A stretch of DNA of 64,000 bases from Takakia lepidozioides. Taxonomy: Eukaryota > Plantae > Bryophyta. Every line of letters starts with the position of its first letter. Positions within the stretch are counted from its first letter, which is position 1. Under the pieces are notes generated by a model, which ran no database searches, was not told where the DNA came from, and saw nothing but the letters and a program-made list of their open reading frames with translations. The stretch covers positions 65,348,001-65,412,000 of the forward strand of contig CM060733.1 in assembly GCA_030704615.1 (NCBI GenBank), read 5' to 3'. Positions 1 through 13,200 of this stretch are shown here, one piece after another. A program made the translations under genes and the position numbers.

Positions 1-2050
1 CGTGGCAGTCTTGACCCTCAAATCCGAGGATCCCTCTGCCACTACACCTTCCACTAACTCCGTAGAAGATGAAGTAACCTCCCCACTCTCACAGAGTTTT
101 GCTGCTAGTCTGAACACTGCAGCTGGTCTTACCCCCGGCGTCGCAATCATGGTTGCCGAGAACAGTGGGGCTTGACACACAGAGGTGGCTGCCCCCAATA
201 ATACACCGGCTGCACTAGCCTTGGCAGCAGGTGTCAGTGCTGCACGTGTAGCTCTCCCCAATGGCACAGTAATCTCCGCCTCAGTAACAGTCGAGCGAGA
301 ACTAGGTGCCATGGATGGCGTCGACACAGTCTCCGCCAATGTGAATGACTGAGGAAGCCTCGCCTGACGGCTTGCCTCCCCATGCTGTGGATCCAATTCC
401 ACCTCTGCACCTCGTGGCTCAGGAACTCGTGATGCTCCTCGAGTCACGGCTGCAGCAGACTCCACCTGCTCTAGTGGTAGCGCTGCTCCGCACATGAATC
501 CCATGCCTCCCATATCTCCTCCCTCAGGAGAAGGAGGTGGACCATCCCGCCTGGGAGCCGGTGCCGCCTGAGCTATAGCCATGGCAGCGAGCCTCTGCTC
601 TAGCTGCTGAAGCCGATTGGCCATGCCTTGGACAACACCCTGACCTCCGCGTCTTTAGCCATGTTGAGCTTGCCCTTGGCCTGCACCTCGTGCCCGACCA
701 CCTCGTCCCCGGCCACCATTGTTCCCTTGGAATTGGCCTGGGCGCAACTCAGGATGCAAGTCATAACACTGGACATCTTCATGCCCATACTTGCCACAAT
801 GCCCACACTGCAACTGTGCAGGATGTGCTTGTGCCGGCCTTTTGCCACTCTCTGGGCAATCTCTCTTGACATGGGGTCCTCCACATGTCCAACATATCAC
901 CCCTGGTTGTTGTTGGCCTGCAAAAGATGCCACGGGCCTCTGCACCTGAGGTCCCCTGTAAGCTCCATGGAACTTGGGTTGGAAAACCTTGCCCCCCTGA
1001 CCACGCTGTTGGGCAGTCCCTTGTGCCTGTGGGCTGGCAGCTGCGCCTCGTGCAGGCATGTCTTTACCAAATCCAATGGTAACAACTCGCTCCTCCACTA
1101 TGTTGAGCTCAATCCGCTCAGCCAGCAGAAACACATCTGCTAATGTGGGTTGGGCTGCTTGTAACAGGGTTGAATCCCGCACCCTTCTCCTGAGCTCCTT
1201 GTCCAAAATTCCATACCAGAACTGGATTGCCTGAGCTTCAGTAACCCCTTGGGTCACCACTTATCAAGCGCCTCATACGAGTGTAGGCCTCTCGCAAGCT
1301 CTCACTGGGTTTGCGCTGGAAGTCTTGCAAACTTCGCAGCTTCTCTGTCCGTACACCTTGGTAGTTCCACCGCAACTCCTGAAAGAACTCCACCACCGGG
1401 TTGAATCTAGGCACATGTGTTGTAGTCATGGCAGGAGGAGTAGTAGCACCTTTTAAATTGGTACCACCTGCAGAAGTACCAGCACTACTTGTTCCACTAT
1501 TAGTGCTGGCAGTGAGAGATATTGGTACTGATGCAGCTACTGGTCGCGTCATGCCTCGAGTAATGGAGACGTAGTCAGGTGACCAATACATCCTCCACTC
1601 CTCAATCTCTGCTTCATGTCCTCGCCTGAACTCGTGGTAATCGTCCATAGGCGGGCCTTCCAAATGCTGGAACAGTCCCTTCCACGCCATGAATGGGGTG
1701 AATAGCTGTGGATTGCGCATCTGCTGCAAATCACACCAGCTGTCGAACTCCTGGATAAAGTCATCCAACTCGATTGTGCCCACAGCTCCAGAGTACCTAC
1801 GAGGCCCCTTGGTAGCTCCATACATCTCCTCCATGTCGTCCCACAACAATGATAAATGAAACTGCACACCTGTTGATGAAGCCTCCGAATCTGTATCTGA
1901 CTCTGCACTAGTTGAGGGTGGAGGTGAAGGTGGTCTGAAACGAACACCTCGTCTGGTGAACCCACTCTCACTACTACTGCCTGTAGCCGTACTCCCCTCA
2001 GAACCCCTGGGTAACTCCATGATGACACTCACAATGTGCACCTCCCCCAC
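1..2050 (-). pseudogene. gag: gag (frameshifted) with two CCHC-type zinc knuckles
   Basis: ORFs 1238-2050 and 655-1260: LRSLQDFQRKPSESLREAYTRMRRLI (Retrotrans_gag-like), CWTCGGPHVKRDC, CGHCGKYGHEDVQC; frameshift near 1255. Confidence 0.85.
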
Positions 2051-3489
2051 GTGACACTATAAGGCTCTAGTACTAATTCTAATAGTGACACGGGTGGACA
2101 CCTGTTGCAATTTAAGGGTCATATCCCAATGGCTCAGGGCACCTGCACCTGCATCCACCGCAAGAACTCCTATGGTTGGCTGGTCATCAACCCAGCCTCA
2201 CCATAGAAGAAACACTGGTGGTCTTGCTGGTCATCACTCCAGCCTCACCACCGACAGCATACTCTAGGATTGACCGGTGATCAAATCCGGCCTAATCCCT
2301 ATGAAAGCAAGCGCCCACACAAAACCCAACATGGCGCACAGTCAAGCATGTAGGTGTTGGGGGGGGATCCAAACACAAGAAATCAAAACATCAATATCCC
2401 CACACCAAAATCCAGCTGCAATGCTGATCCTGCAGAATATCCCAGCCCAAAACCCCGGACTGACTGGCCTCCACCAAGAGAGGCTTTGGCAACTACAAGT
2501 ACAAAGTAATGAAAATAGTAACAAGAGGGAGGGGAAGAATAGAAGCCCGACCAAGCAAGATCTAATCCTGATCTATGCTATCAACTGCCAGACTTCTCTC
2601 AAAGTGCCTCGCTCTGCATGATAGTAAGGTGTAGGAGGTATATCTATGTTCAGAAACCTGCCACTAACCTTGTCCCAAGCTACAGTAGCTCGCTCTAACC
2701 AACCCTCCTCCTCTTTCTCCCAAGTAGAGACAAAGCAATACTCCCCTATCTCCCGCTCACTGAACACTAAAGAAAACAAAGGTAGGGTCTGATAGTCTCT
2801 CAACTCGAAAGCTTTGAGACGGTTGCGGGTGTCCTCATTGCGAATGATTGCATCTCCTTCACGCAGAACAAACTTGTCATTGCTAATGAACCCCCGCTCG
2901 TGGTTGCCTTGTGCAGAGCGTGTCTGGCTGCAACCATGTCTGATTGCACAAACTTGTGTCGCTCCTGCTCCTCTGCAGTAGCTTGCATGCTCGTCAATCT
3001 CCAAGCCATGCAGCAGAGATGCCCGTCAGCTCCTACCAGCTCCTGGTTCTGCTCAGTCCTCACGGCTACCTACTCTTTGTCATACACAACACTCAAAACC
3101 AGAAATCACCCTCGCTCCCCTTCAGGCTCATGAGGTTCAAGCTGGTTCCACTCACACAGGATGTCCAGTGAATGCCTGGAAGTCTAGTACACCACAACAC
3201 TCGGCTTAGAGCAAGCACCTCCAGGGAAGCAGTGAAGCTGCGATTTTCTACTTATCTCTTCAGTCCGCCTCTCATCCTCACATCAGCATTTCGCACGCAA
3301 CGATTCGCAGATGGCAACCTCTCTACCATCCTTCACGCTACAGCGGAGTTGCAGCAAACTGGTCTGCACCGCAAGGAAAGAGGTCTACATCTGGAGCATT
3401 GGGAGCCCTATCTTCCGGACTCACTTGCAATGGCTCTGACTTGTGCGGATCACCCAACCATGGGATACAAGAGCTTAGCACATAGACCT

Positions 3490-4010
3490 GGTTGAAGATC
3501 TGGCGCAGTGCAAGAAGTTTCCCTTCCTCGTTGCCAACAAACATCATCGTCTACCTGTCAGTAATGCTTTCCGTAATGAAGGTACAGTCAGAATCATGCA
3601 TTGTGGTCTATGCCGGATCTTCACCAGACTCTGGCAATATGGCACGAAAGAGGGCCCGGGTCGGTCATGAGTGGATGGGGCTGTTACAAACTGCATCAAT
3701 TTCTGATTCGCAGGAGGTGTCTACTACATGTGACTCCACATCCTCTCTTGAACTCCAGGAGCCTTGAAAAGGTTGAATGCATTTTCAGCACCATTCTCGT
3801 CCTTGAAGTGCCTTTAGTTCGCCTTCCTGTGGTTGACACCAATAACCTCCGAGACGGTCAGATTAATTGCATTGATCTTTCGCAGGTTTCAGACACTCCT
3901 TCATTGCAGCGGACTTGTATAATATGTTCCTCCTTTCTCTGAAACCGATAAACATCTGCTGCAAATCGCTTTCTGTCAAATCGCACACCCGTGAAGAGGA
4001 AAGCCGGATC
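3490..4010 (-). pseudogene. Captured, degenerate fragments of a DEAD-box RNA helicase of the DDX52/ROK1/RH57 type
   Basis: FLFTGVRFDRKRFAADVYRFQ (DDX52-type N-terminus), TRALFRAILPESGEDPA*TTMHDS (motif III SAT region), MMFVGNEEGKLLALRQIF; stops and deletions present. Confidence 0.75.
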
Positions 4011-4744
4011 CAGACCGATCACAGCCAAACCGACACCTCCATATCCACACGACCGCCTTGGTGGCAAATAAACCTCAGGCAAGAAACGTCGTGACTGATT
4101 GAAGCTGCCGCGCATTCTCTCTATCTTGATTAATTACCAGTCTGAATTGCAATCAAAGACTTTAGCAGGAAACACATTGCTGGTTTTGATTACTTGAGAA
4201 GGGAGCCCCACAAACTCCAAGAATCTTGTGAAAGAGGCTGCCTCTTCCTTCTCTCCGAACGGCATAGGGATGGCAGCATGCTCCGTCGTTATCTCTGATC
4301 GTCATAAACAGATTGCTTTGCTCGGCCCTCAGTCCGTTAGTTGCGTAGGATATCACACTGCGAAGTCATCAACGTAATTCCTGCCCATCATCTGGCAGCA
4401 AACTACTTCTCCCGCAGGCCCTTCCTTGTACAATCGTAATCATGAATGCCAATGACGGCACAATGTCTATAGCCGCACCCCAGCAAGCTGTTTTTCCCCG
4501 TGAGTTCATAAGTTGCTAAGTGGTGATCACAAGTAGAGCGGCAGCTCCGCCTCTCCTCATAGGCTCAAATCATCAAAAAGCAAACAGATGGCATCGTCTC
4601 ACCCCACCTGCACTTGCACACCCTTCCAAGCATTGCTCACCTTCTTTCAACAAATCGCTTCTCTCACTTTTAAAACAAAAACCACAAGTGCTAAAACTAA
4701 ACTCACCTCTGGCACTCACAGATGCAAGCCTCATCTCTCTCGAG

Positions 4745-5098
4745 TGATAAGAAAGCTAAGAACACATTGTTCACACAAGAAACAACATGAATCCAGCAAC
4801 ATCACTCTTTAAGATAATAGTCGAGCCAGGGGCACCCCAAGCTATGGGGACTCCACCCCACAACAACCTATCCTCCCATCATAAGCACACTCAGCTTCTA
4901 AACGATGAAGGAGCTCGGTCGTGCAGGCTCAACTCGAGAGAGATGAGCTGCGCGACTGCCGCTCTCATGAAGATAAGACGGTTCAGGTGTCAAACTAAAC
5001 TTGACACCTGACTTAACACTTGACCTAAATCCAAGTGTTAAACACAAATAACTAGCTTTATTCTAGTTAGTTTCACACTGTGCTTATTTAACTTGACA
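4745..5098 (-). repeat. A1-type terminal repeat (split LTR half) of element B
   Basis: Minus strand TGTCA...TATCA; internal 4933-4947 is the reverse complement of the adjacent 4730-4744. Confidence 0.85.
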
Positions 5099-5119
5099 AA
5101 AGAGACAGTGATTGACAAG

Positions 5120-5620
5120 CGGAATTCAGCATTGCGTCAACGCAAGGTTGTTTTCATTAACAGAGGAAATGGAAAATAGTGCTTGAAAACAACCATCCGA
5201 AGATCTATTTGTATGGATATTCAACCTTGCGTTGACGCAAGGTTGAATTCCTCTGCTGAAAACACTTGTCCATGGTATTTGATAACTTTATATTTCCTAC
5301 AATTGTATGGAAATCGGGTCATTTCTGCAGGACATTTCTAGCAATCCATACCGTCAAAGCAAGGTTGTTTGTTGGTACAGTGTAAGCTCTAAACAACATT
5401 TCAAACAGACTCCAAACAGACTTTATGTTCATCCTGGCAGCAGCGGAATTGGAAACGACAGCAAACAACAGCCCAAGAATACAGGAAGAAATACATAGCC
5501 TGGCGCTTCATCAACCTTGCGTTGACGCAAGGTTGATTTGCCTTTCCGTTTTTGCCCTTTCACATGCAAAACCACCATTGGAACCAAAAAAAGGTACGCT
5601 TGTTAACGCAATGTTGCGTC
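5120..5620. repeat. Cluster of palindromes TCAACCTTGCGT-TG-ACGCAAGGTTGA (intronic)
   Basis: Clear copies near 5221 and 5511; degenerate copies near 5125, 5350 and 5595. Confidence 0.85.
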
Positions 5621-5736
5621 TCGAGCCCTCAGGCCTCCCTCAAAACCTGAAAATTCACAATTCTACATGGGAAAAACGACACAAGAATACATAAACATAC
5701 ACTTCTAATAACAGATTTGTTTCTTGGGGGTCACAC

Positions 5737-8350
5737 CTATACAACACTCGTTTCATTGCTTGCTCGCTGTTGTACTGGTTTTTGAATTCATAGGACCTGA
5801 AGATTCTTTTGTCTCTCTCAAACTCCCTGAAGAAGCAGTTGTTCCAGACAGCGAGCTTCCATCTCCTGATATAGGCCTCTAGTGTTATCCGGGGGAAAGC
5901 CATCTGGATTTTGTAGTCTGCCATTGACTCCCCAAGTGCAGCCACCGCTCATTTTTCCAACTGCAGCAAGAAAGATCATAAGAATTTGGGAGAGAGTACG
6001 AATGTGCACAATCATTTGAAAAGGGTTTTGTGATGCCTTACCTGGCTCCAGAAGGTTGCTTTGTGTAGCCACTGGTCAAATCTGTGGTCGCTCACAACTT
6101 TTATTGCTTGTGTCTTCGAGTCCCTCTCAGGAGTTAGGAATATGTTGGTGTCTCTCACAAGTGGATCCGAATTCCAGATCTCCAACCACCTTATTTTGGT
6201 TGCATTGTCCACCATTGAAATGGAAAGGCGATGCAGTTTCTCTTGGGTCATTTCTGGCTTGGAGCCATACTTGTCATAATGTGCTTTCACCTGCTCCAGA
6301 AATTCCGTGCCAAGACTTGGATCTGTTATGCGGATTTGTTTGTCGAATGCACTCATGAGGTTCTTCCTTTGATTGTTCATCTCAAAAATCATAATGTCCT
6401 CAAGCCCAGTTGCAGACCTCTGCTCTTCTGTGTGGGAAGCATAATACTCTGCTATTAGAGGGCTGCTTGGGACTTAGACGCTTTTACGGGTTCTGTGGGG
6501 TACCCTTAATTTTTACACAGACTGAGACGAACAGGAGCCTTAGGGGTGACAGCAGCAGGCTTTAGGGACGAGGGTTAAGAAGCCCAACACAGCCCGACAC
6601 AGCCAGTCACAGCCAACACAGCCCATCACAGCCCGTCACAGCCAGCCAGCCACAACTTTGCACCGCCGTCACAGCCTGGTCACAGTCAATAGGGAACAGG
6701 TCATTGCAGGGGGAACGAAAGAACGAACAGCAAGACGTGTTACATTAGGGATGACGGTTAAATTGTTAGCAAGGCGGTTAGAACAGCTTGTAGGTAGATA
6801 AAGCGGAGAACGGAGACAAAAGGGGGGGACTTCTGGGAGTACTTCTTGGTTATGGAGGAGAGGAGATCAAGCGGAGAGCAAGAACGAGAGCACGGAGAAG
6901 AAGGAGAGATGTACAATAGATGTTTTACTTCATGCAGAGCTGTAGTGATACTGTAGAGTGGATTAGAGTCACTTGACATTGGCCTAGTACCTGATAAATC
7001 ATAATCTGATACTTATTCGATACAAGCACACTGTGTAGAGAGACATGAGTGAAGCTGTGAAATGAATGCATGATTAACTAGAACTAAGAAGATATTGAAG
7101 CAAACTGATGCTTCGGTATCAGATAAGGTAAATTGTTAACATGAAGGCAAGAAGGAATACAAAGGGGAAGCACAACCATGATTCACTAGTTGCAGGTCAT
7201 GACTGATTGTACTGAGCGAGCTGAGTGCTTAGAGATATCCAACTCTTCTATCTTGGAGTTTCCACCTCGGATAGCGAAGGGATGGGTGAGCAAAAGCCGC
7301 CCGACATCTGCTTTCGCCTTCAAACCAGTTTCTGCTATTTCTTGCTGCATACATTACAGGGAGAAAGAATCAAATACTGGCGTTTCTTGATAAACTTTAC
7401 AGTAGAAACAAACAAACAGATGGCAAGAAGCTTACTGTGTACATGTAGTCAAGAAAAGCCTCCCTTGTCAGGCTGTACCATGTGCTTGTCTTCTTTTCAG
7501 CACACCTCTTCATCTGCTGAGGACTGAGCACGCTTGTGAATGACTCCAGTGCATCACCCCTATCTTCTGGATACGGAATAGAGTGTGGCAGAGATTGGTC
7601 GTCACATGAGAGGTTTCATTGGATCTGGAAAAACCTTCAACTTATAAGGTGATTTCTAATTGTGGAAACGCAGATCGGAACGGGAACAATGTTGGTAACT
7701 TACTTGTTTATGTCGTGCATGGCTGTCAAGAGCTGCGTGACACGTCCTTTGTGGTCCAGTACCATGGAAACCACGCTCCAGTGCCATTCGATCTCGTCCG
7801 AGTGCAAGCTTGAAATGTAATCCATCCAGGCAAGCCGTCTATGGTTCCCAACCTAGACAAAAAAACATCTTTCCCATAAACGCTTTTGTGGAGGCATTTT
7901 TGGACAGCTTGAACTCAAACTCCCTGTTTACATCCCGCCAGCATGCATCCCAACTTTGCTCTATGTCCTCTGTTACAAGACACTCCTCTCCTTTCGTGTT
8001 CATAGTGGATACATAGAACACTGCAGATCCCTTGACATAGCCGTGAACAATTTCGTTCTTCAACTTCGTGATGTCGTTCCTCAATGCGGGTCAAACCGCG
8101 GGCATGGAGATCATCCTGCATAGTGGGATAACTAGGTTTCCGCCGAGAACCTCCATCGACAGAATCACCTTGGAGGAGTTCACTTTTTGCCCACCCATAA
8201 CCTCCTCGGCCTTGTCTTCATAGTGTTCCTCAAACGAGTCTTCCTCACCTTCACCTTCTCCCACTGCTGCATCTCTCCCCATGGATTTCCTTTTTCTTTT
8301 CCTTTGCAGAGAATGAATATCCCTATGAGTGACAGATTGAGCTCCCATGG
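5737..8350 (-). pseudogene. ParB/Srx-like domain gene, divergent paralog of the MULE cargo gene; multi-exon, interrupted by a solo LTR
   Basis: KMFFV*VGNHRRLAWMDYI (7815-7870) aligns to KMFYVWDGNHRLLAWMEHI. DPSLGTEFL..TQEKLHRL aligns to DPALGADFL..TLEKLHRL. RSYEF..KRVLYR|GT aligns to RSYEF..RLLYR|GT. Confidence 0.8.
6453..7306 (+). mobile_element. Solo LTR of Athila/Tat-like family E
   Basis: T(A)TTAGAGGGC...GCCCGACA, homologous to the LTRs at 31323, 34043 and 59116; 5-bp TSD TCTGC (6448-6452 and 7307-7311). Confidence 0.9.
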
Positions 8351-8960
8351 ATCAACCTTGCGTTGACGCAAGGTTGATTGATGGGGATGAAGCATAGTCT
8401 AAAATGCATACCGGAACAGTCCAGTGAACCCACTAAATGCTTTGCGTTGACGCAAGGTTCTTTTGGGGGCTTTACATAATCAACTTTCCCTACCTTGCGG
8501 TTCATGGAACGGGGCTTCTAATGCTGGGAGTGAACAGAAGAGGCATCCAAATCAGCCTCTCGTCAACGCAAGGTTGATTCGAGTGCTGCATCTGCTTCGT
8601 TTCACCTTCATAAACATACACTTTGGAGGTTGACATCAACCTTGTGTTGACGCAAGGTTGATGTCCAGCTCTCAGATTGGAGTTCAATAAACAAAAAAAC
8701 CAATGGAAAAACAGATTGCAACTCTGGTTTCTTCTTGGCACTTGATGATGCATCGGGAGCATTCATCTTTTCCATGGTTTCTGGAGGCAGCAAGCTACCA
8801 AGCGGATACGGGAGGTGGGAATGAACAAAACAGGCACACGAATCAACCTCGCGTCAACGCAAGGTTGATTCGAGTGCAGCATTTGCACCCGTTTCATGCC
8901 CAAAACATACACTTTGGAGGTCGACATCAACTTTGCGTTGACGCAAGGTTGATGTCAACC
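8350..8960. repeat. Upstream cluster of TCAACCTTGCGTTGACGCAAGGTTGA-type palindromes
   Basis: About six copies near 8352, 8441, 8551, 8635, 8842 and 8926. Confidence 0.88.
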
Positions 8961-9009
8961 ACTCTGTTTAGCATGGAACAGACCAAAAAAAAAAAGGGCA
9001 AAAGAGGGT

Positions 9010-9128
9010 TAGTGGAGTCACGGGCACATAGGCCTAGGTTGTGGTCGACCAATCTTGCACCACCAGAGTTGCTCAAGAGAGCCTATGACTCCATTCAGCG
9101 GCCACCCAACCTCACGGTTGAGTGCATT
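9010..9128 (+). pseudogene. Isolated fragment of the retrotransposon C5-methyltransferase (motif VIII region)
   Basis: SRAHRPRLWSTNLAPPELLKRAYDSIQRPPNLTVECI vs SRAHRPRLWWTNLMPPALLKRAFDGVQRPAHLTVDNI in element A. Confidence 0.8.
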
Positions 9129-10296
9129 TCACTGAACTCCCCTCATCCACCGGTGAAAAGGCCTCCTGCCATGCTTGCTGCACACACTGGCTTGCAAATC
9201 CCTATCGTGCACCTAAGCATCGTGCCACAACATACATCGCTGTCCACCACACATTCTAAGCACACAATCCTAGAAAGCTATGCCACAATGAAAATGAAAG
9301 TGAACACAATGGAAACAGTCCACTCATGAATCCACTAATTCACATAAACTAAGTCAAGCCAAGGGCACCTTTGCTAAAGGAATCCACCCTATAAAGCCCT
9401 CACCACACTCCCTCTCAATACCTAGAGCTATGGAGGTGGGAGAGACTCATGGAGGCTCAACTACAAGAAGATGAGCCCTCCTCAACCCTCACAAGGGGAA
9501 AAACCCATCCCCATGTCCCAAGTGAGGTTTGACATCTCACTTTGGCATGTGAGACCAAATGAAGTCCAACACACAAAATACAAATATAAATATCCAAAAT
9601 GTCCTAATTAACTATAAATAGATCATTTTAGTTAACTATGACTAAAACCATGACAGCTGTCGTGCACCTAAGCATCGTGCCACAACATACATCGCTATCC
9701 ACCACACATTCTAAGCACATAATCCTAGAAAGCTATGCCACAATCGTCCCCCTAGCTGGTGATTAGGTCCCTCTGACACCAGATAGCTGACAAGTATCCA
9801 TCTCAATAAGATCATCGCTTGGTCTTCAATCGCATATGTCCCAATTTTCTAAAGTCTATGGATCAAGAGGCCGGGTGCAAATTAGAGAGCCCCATCATTA
9901 GTCGCATGCCTGCAATCCATGATCTTCAATTGAGTATCCATGGCGTTGAGCTCCCACCAGCTAGACCTTGGATCACTTGTCAAGTCCACCATTGTTATGC
10001 CCCACTACCTCTGTCCAAGGCATCGTGGACACGACCATTCTCCACTAGGAACCTCATCTAGTGGTGGTGTTAAACGGGGGCTGCTATTTCATGAGCGGCA
10101 TGAGCATGAGCGGAAAAAAAAAAAGCATGAGCAGACCATTGTGAGTCCACGGAAATAGGGTTAGGAGGCACAGAAATAGGGTCATGTGAAGTTGGAATGT
10201 GGCACCAGTGGACTTGAAATGCAACATTTTATTGCAAATTTTGTGGCAAGCCACGACTATACAAGTGTGTTCTAACTATCATAGCCGGAATGGGCA

Positions 10297-13200
10297 CTAC
10301 TCTCCTACACCCTCCGAGGAACTTGCCCCATCTTCTTCCTCATCCCCCTCATCCCCCTCATCCTCCGAGCTCTGTGATGCATCAGTTCCACTATGCCTCT
10401 CAAAAATCCCGTCCTCTCCTTGGGGGACTGTCCACCTCACCTCCTGGGAATCTTCTGCGTCTTCTCCCCCACTTTCCTCAGCAGAATCCAAGACAAATCT
10501 ACGAGCCCGACGGGCTCTAATAGCTGCTGCCTCCTCCCTCATCTTCATTTTCTTGAGGCTTGCCTCGTCTAAAATCTGTTGTACATGACTAGGTTCGGAA
10601 CACCTCCTAATGGACACCGAAGCAAGCCGGGCAGCATAAGTAGGAAGGATGTACTCCCTTTCTGGACTAGGCATGAAATCCCCCCTGGCAAAAAAAAGCA
10701 CGCTCCTCCTGCCCATGAACTCCGGTGTAGACGTCCCTCCGGCAGTACTTGGCATCCTAGAGTAAGAACAAATCCACTTCAAGAATGTCAATACCAGCAC
10801 AACCAGAAAGGGTTTTCAATGAAATAAGAGAGTGGAGGGAGGTGCCTCACAAAATCTGGAAGCAACTTACAATGCGACCACTCACTCGTAAACCGGGGGC
10901 TCCTCGGCCTCGATCCCAACTTCCTCCCCTTGCTCCTTCTCGGATTTTTCCTCATCCTCCGAGGATGCCTCTTCCTCTTTCGGCAGACGTTCAGCCGCTG
11001 CAAGTTCCGAGTTGTGGAGGGCAGTATTTGGCTCGAAGGCGAACACATGCCTGTCGGACAACGTCCCTGCCCACATTGAAGCACCTGAGGAACAAAGCGG
11101 GCAGTTAATAGCTTGCGGCATGCAATTGCAATCGGGCCAGGGGACAAACTGAGCACGTGAAGGCTTACCCGTGCTGCATGTGAGGTCCAGAATCCGCCCT
11201 TGGACATCCGAGCACGTCTCCATGAGGGTTTGGATGAAAGCAGGGCTCCGGGTCCGCCTGTACCGCCACGGTTTGCCTGTCTTTGTGTCCTTCGGCATAT
11301 TGGAGTGGGGCACATAGTTGTAGAGGACATCGTAGGTTACAGGGTCCACAGCGGCATCAACAAGACGACCGTGGTTGCGGAATTTGAACGTAGACCCTCT
11401 CTTCACAAAGCAATATGCCTCAAACACCAATGTCTACACATCCAACAAAGAAGGGATCAACTCCAGGGTCTACTTAACATACACCACAATATGAAGTGAA
11501 TGCAATAGATTGATAACTTATACTTTGGCCCTCTGTTCGCAACCCCTGTGTACTGATGCAGAACCATTTTCTGAGGAGGACCGGGGTGACACTTTTTGGT
11601 GTCCACCTTGCCACCGCATTCTCTGTGGTCTTCCCTCTCGTGGCAAGGACAACCACACATCCACCGTCATCCAGAAGCATCCCCGCCAGCCCAAACCCGG
11701 CTTTCCAGTAGTCCTCAGTAAACCTGTTCCAGGTGGGCACACCATCCAGGCCCTCCAGCAGCTCCCCATCTGGAATGTCGAGGAGAATCATGTCGCAAGC
11801 TCTCTCCACCTCAACCCCCCCCCCCGAGTGCTCTTGCAATCCGTGCTCACAGCCGTGAAGAATTCCATCATGGCTTCAAAACCAGGGGTGTCTTTAGGCT
11901 CTGTACTGCCAGCCCTCTTCTTTGCTTTCCCCTTCTGCTCCGCCAGAGACTTGCTGTGTGCCACCTTCTTCGCCCTGGCAGCGAGAGCGTCAAGGAAGCT
12001 CTCATTGACGCATTGGATGATGGTTGGAGGTTCTAGCTTTGGCCTGTGCGTAAACGTCACCGCCGAATACCGCCGTGTAGGCTCGCCCTCAAATGCCAAC
12101 TTCTTGGCAGAGCCAGTCCCCCTCCGAACTGACTTGGGAACCCGGACGACCGGTGACTGGGTAGGAGCAACAGCAATCGCAGGACCTTGAACAAAGTCGT
12201 CGTCCGAGTCACTCTCTTGGGTCCCCTCCTGCGCCTCCTCCGATGCCCCGATGGTTTTCTTCTTTTTGGGTGTTACTGCACTCACCTGTTTCCTTGTCCT
12301 TTTCCTTTGGCCTTTACTCTTCTCATGCAATTTCTCCTGAATTCCTGCCTGAGCAAGCTCTGCCGCTTTCCTGGAGTTCGCAAGCGCTTTTGCCTCTTTT
12401 GCACCCAACGGAGGCAGCGGAGCCCGGTTTCGTCGGAATTCAGCATCCAGCTTCAATTGAAACTCGGATGGGTCGAGCGAGCCGGGCGGAAGGTCCACAT
12501 ACCAAGGGCAATCACGCAAATGTTCCAGATGCCACTCCTTCACAATATCGTCAGTGTACATGGAGTCAGCCCCAGGGTTCCTCCATGCCAGGAAGAATGG
12601 TGGCTCGAAAGACAGATGACCTTTCTCCAAAAGGGAGAACTTGCAGTACCTGCATTCATGAAAAACACAATGAGGTCCCTGAAATGCATATTCGGCACCA
12701 TTTTCCTAGGTTGGGGCGGATGTGAGTGGGCCTAGAAATGGAAAAATGGCGCCGAATTTCGGTTTTCGGTGACTGCCACCCTAGGGACTTAGCCATCTTG
12801 GGAGCCCTGAACTGGAAATTCGGCGCCATTTTTCCCGGTTTGGCATGAAGATGGCTAAGTCCCAGAACCGCAATAGGGTCTAGAACTGGAAAAATGGCGC
12901 CGAATTTCCAGTTTAGGGCCAGCCACCCTAGGGACTTAGCCCGAAAATGGCTAAGTCCCTGAACGGCAATAGGGCCTAGAACTGGAAAATGGCGCCGAAT
13001 TTCCAGTTCAGGGCCAGCCACCCTAGGGACTTAGCCCGAAAATGGCTACGTCCCTGAACGGCAATAGGGCCTAGAACTGGAAAATGGCGCCGAATTTCCA
13101 GTTCGGGGCCAGCCAGTCTAGGGACTTAGCCCGAAAATGGCTACGTCCCTGAACGGCAATAGGGCCTAGAACTGGAAAATGGCGCCGAATTTCCAGTTCG

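Larger units (their letters stand above)
1..5098 (-). mobile_element. Ty3/Gypsy element B (split-repeat/DNMT family), 5' part: A1 repeat, long leader, gag; continues off the left edge
   Basis: 1-2050 is colinear with the gag region of element A (52280-54240). Terminal repeat 4745-5098 (TGATA...TGACA) resembles A1 57215-57544 and is likewise flanked by a self-complementary PBS-like tract. Confidence 0.88.
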
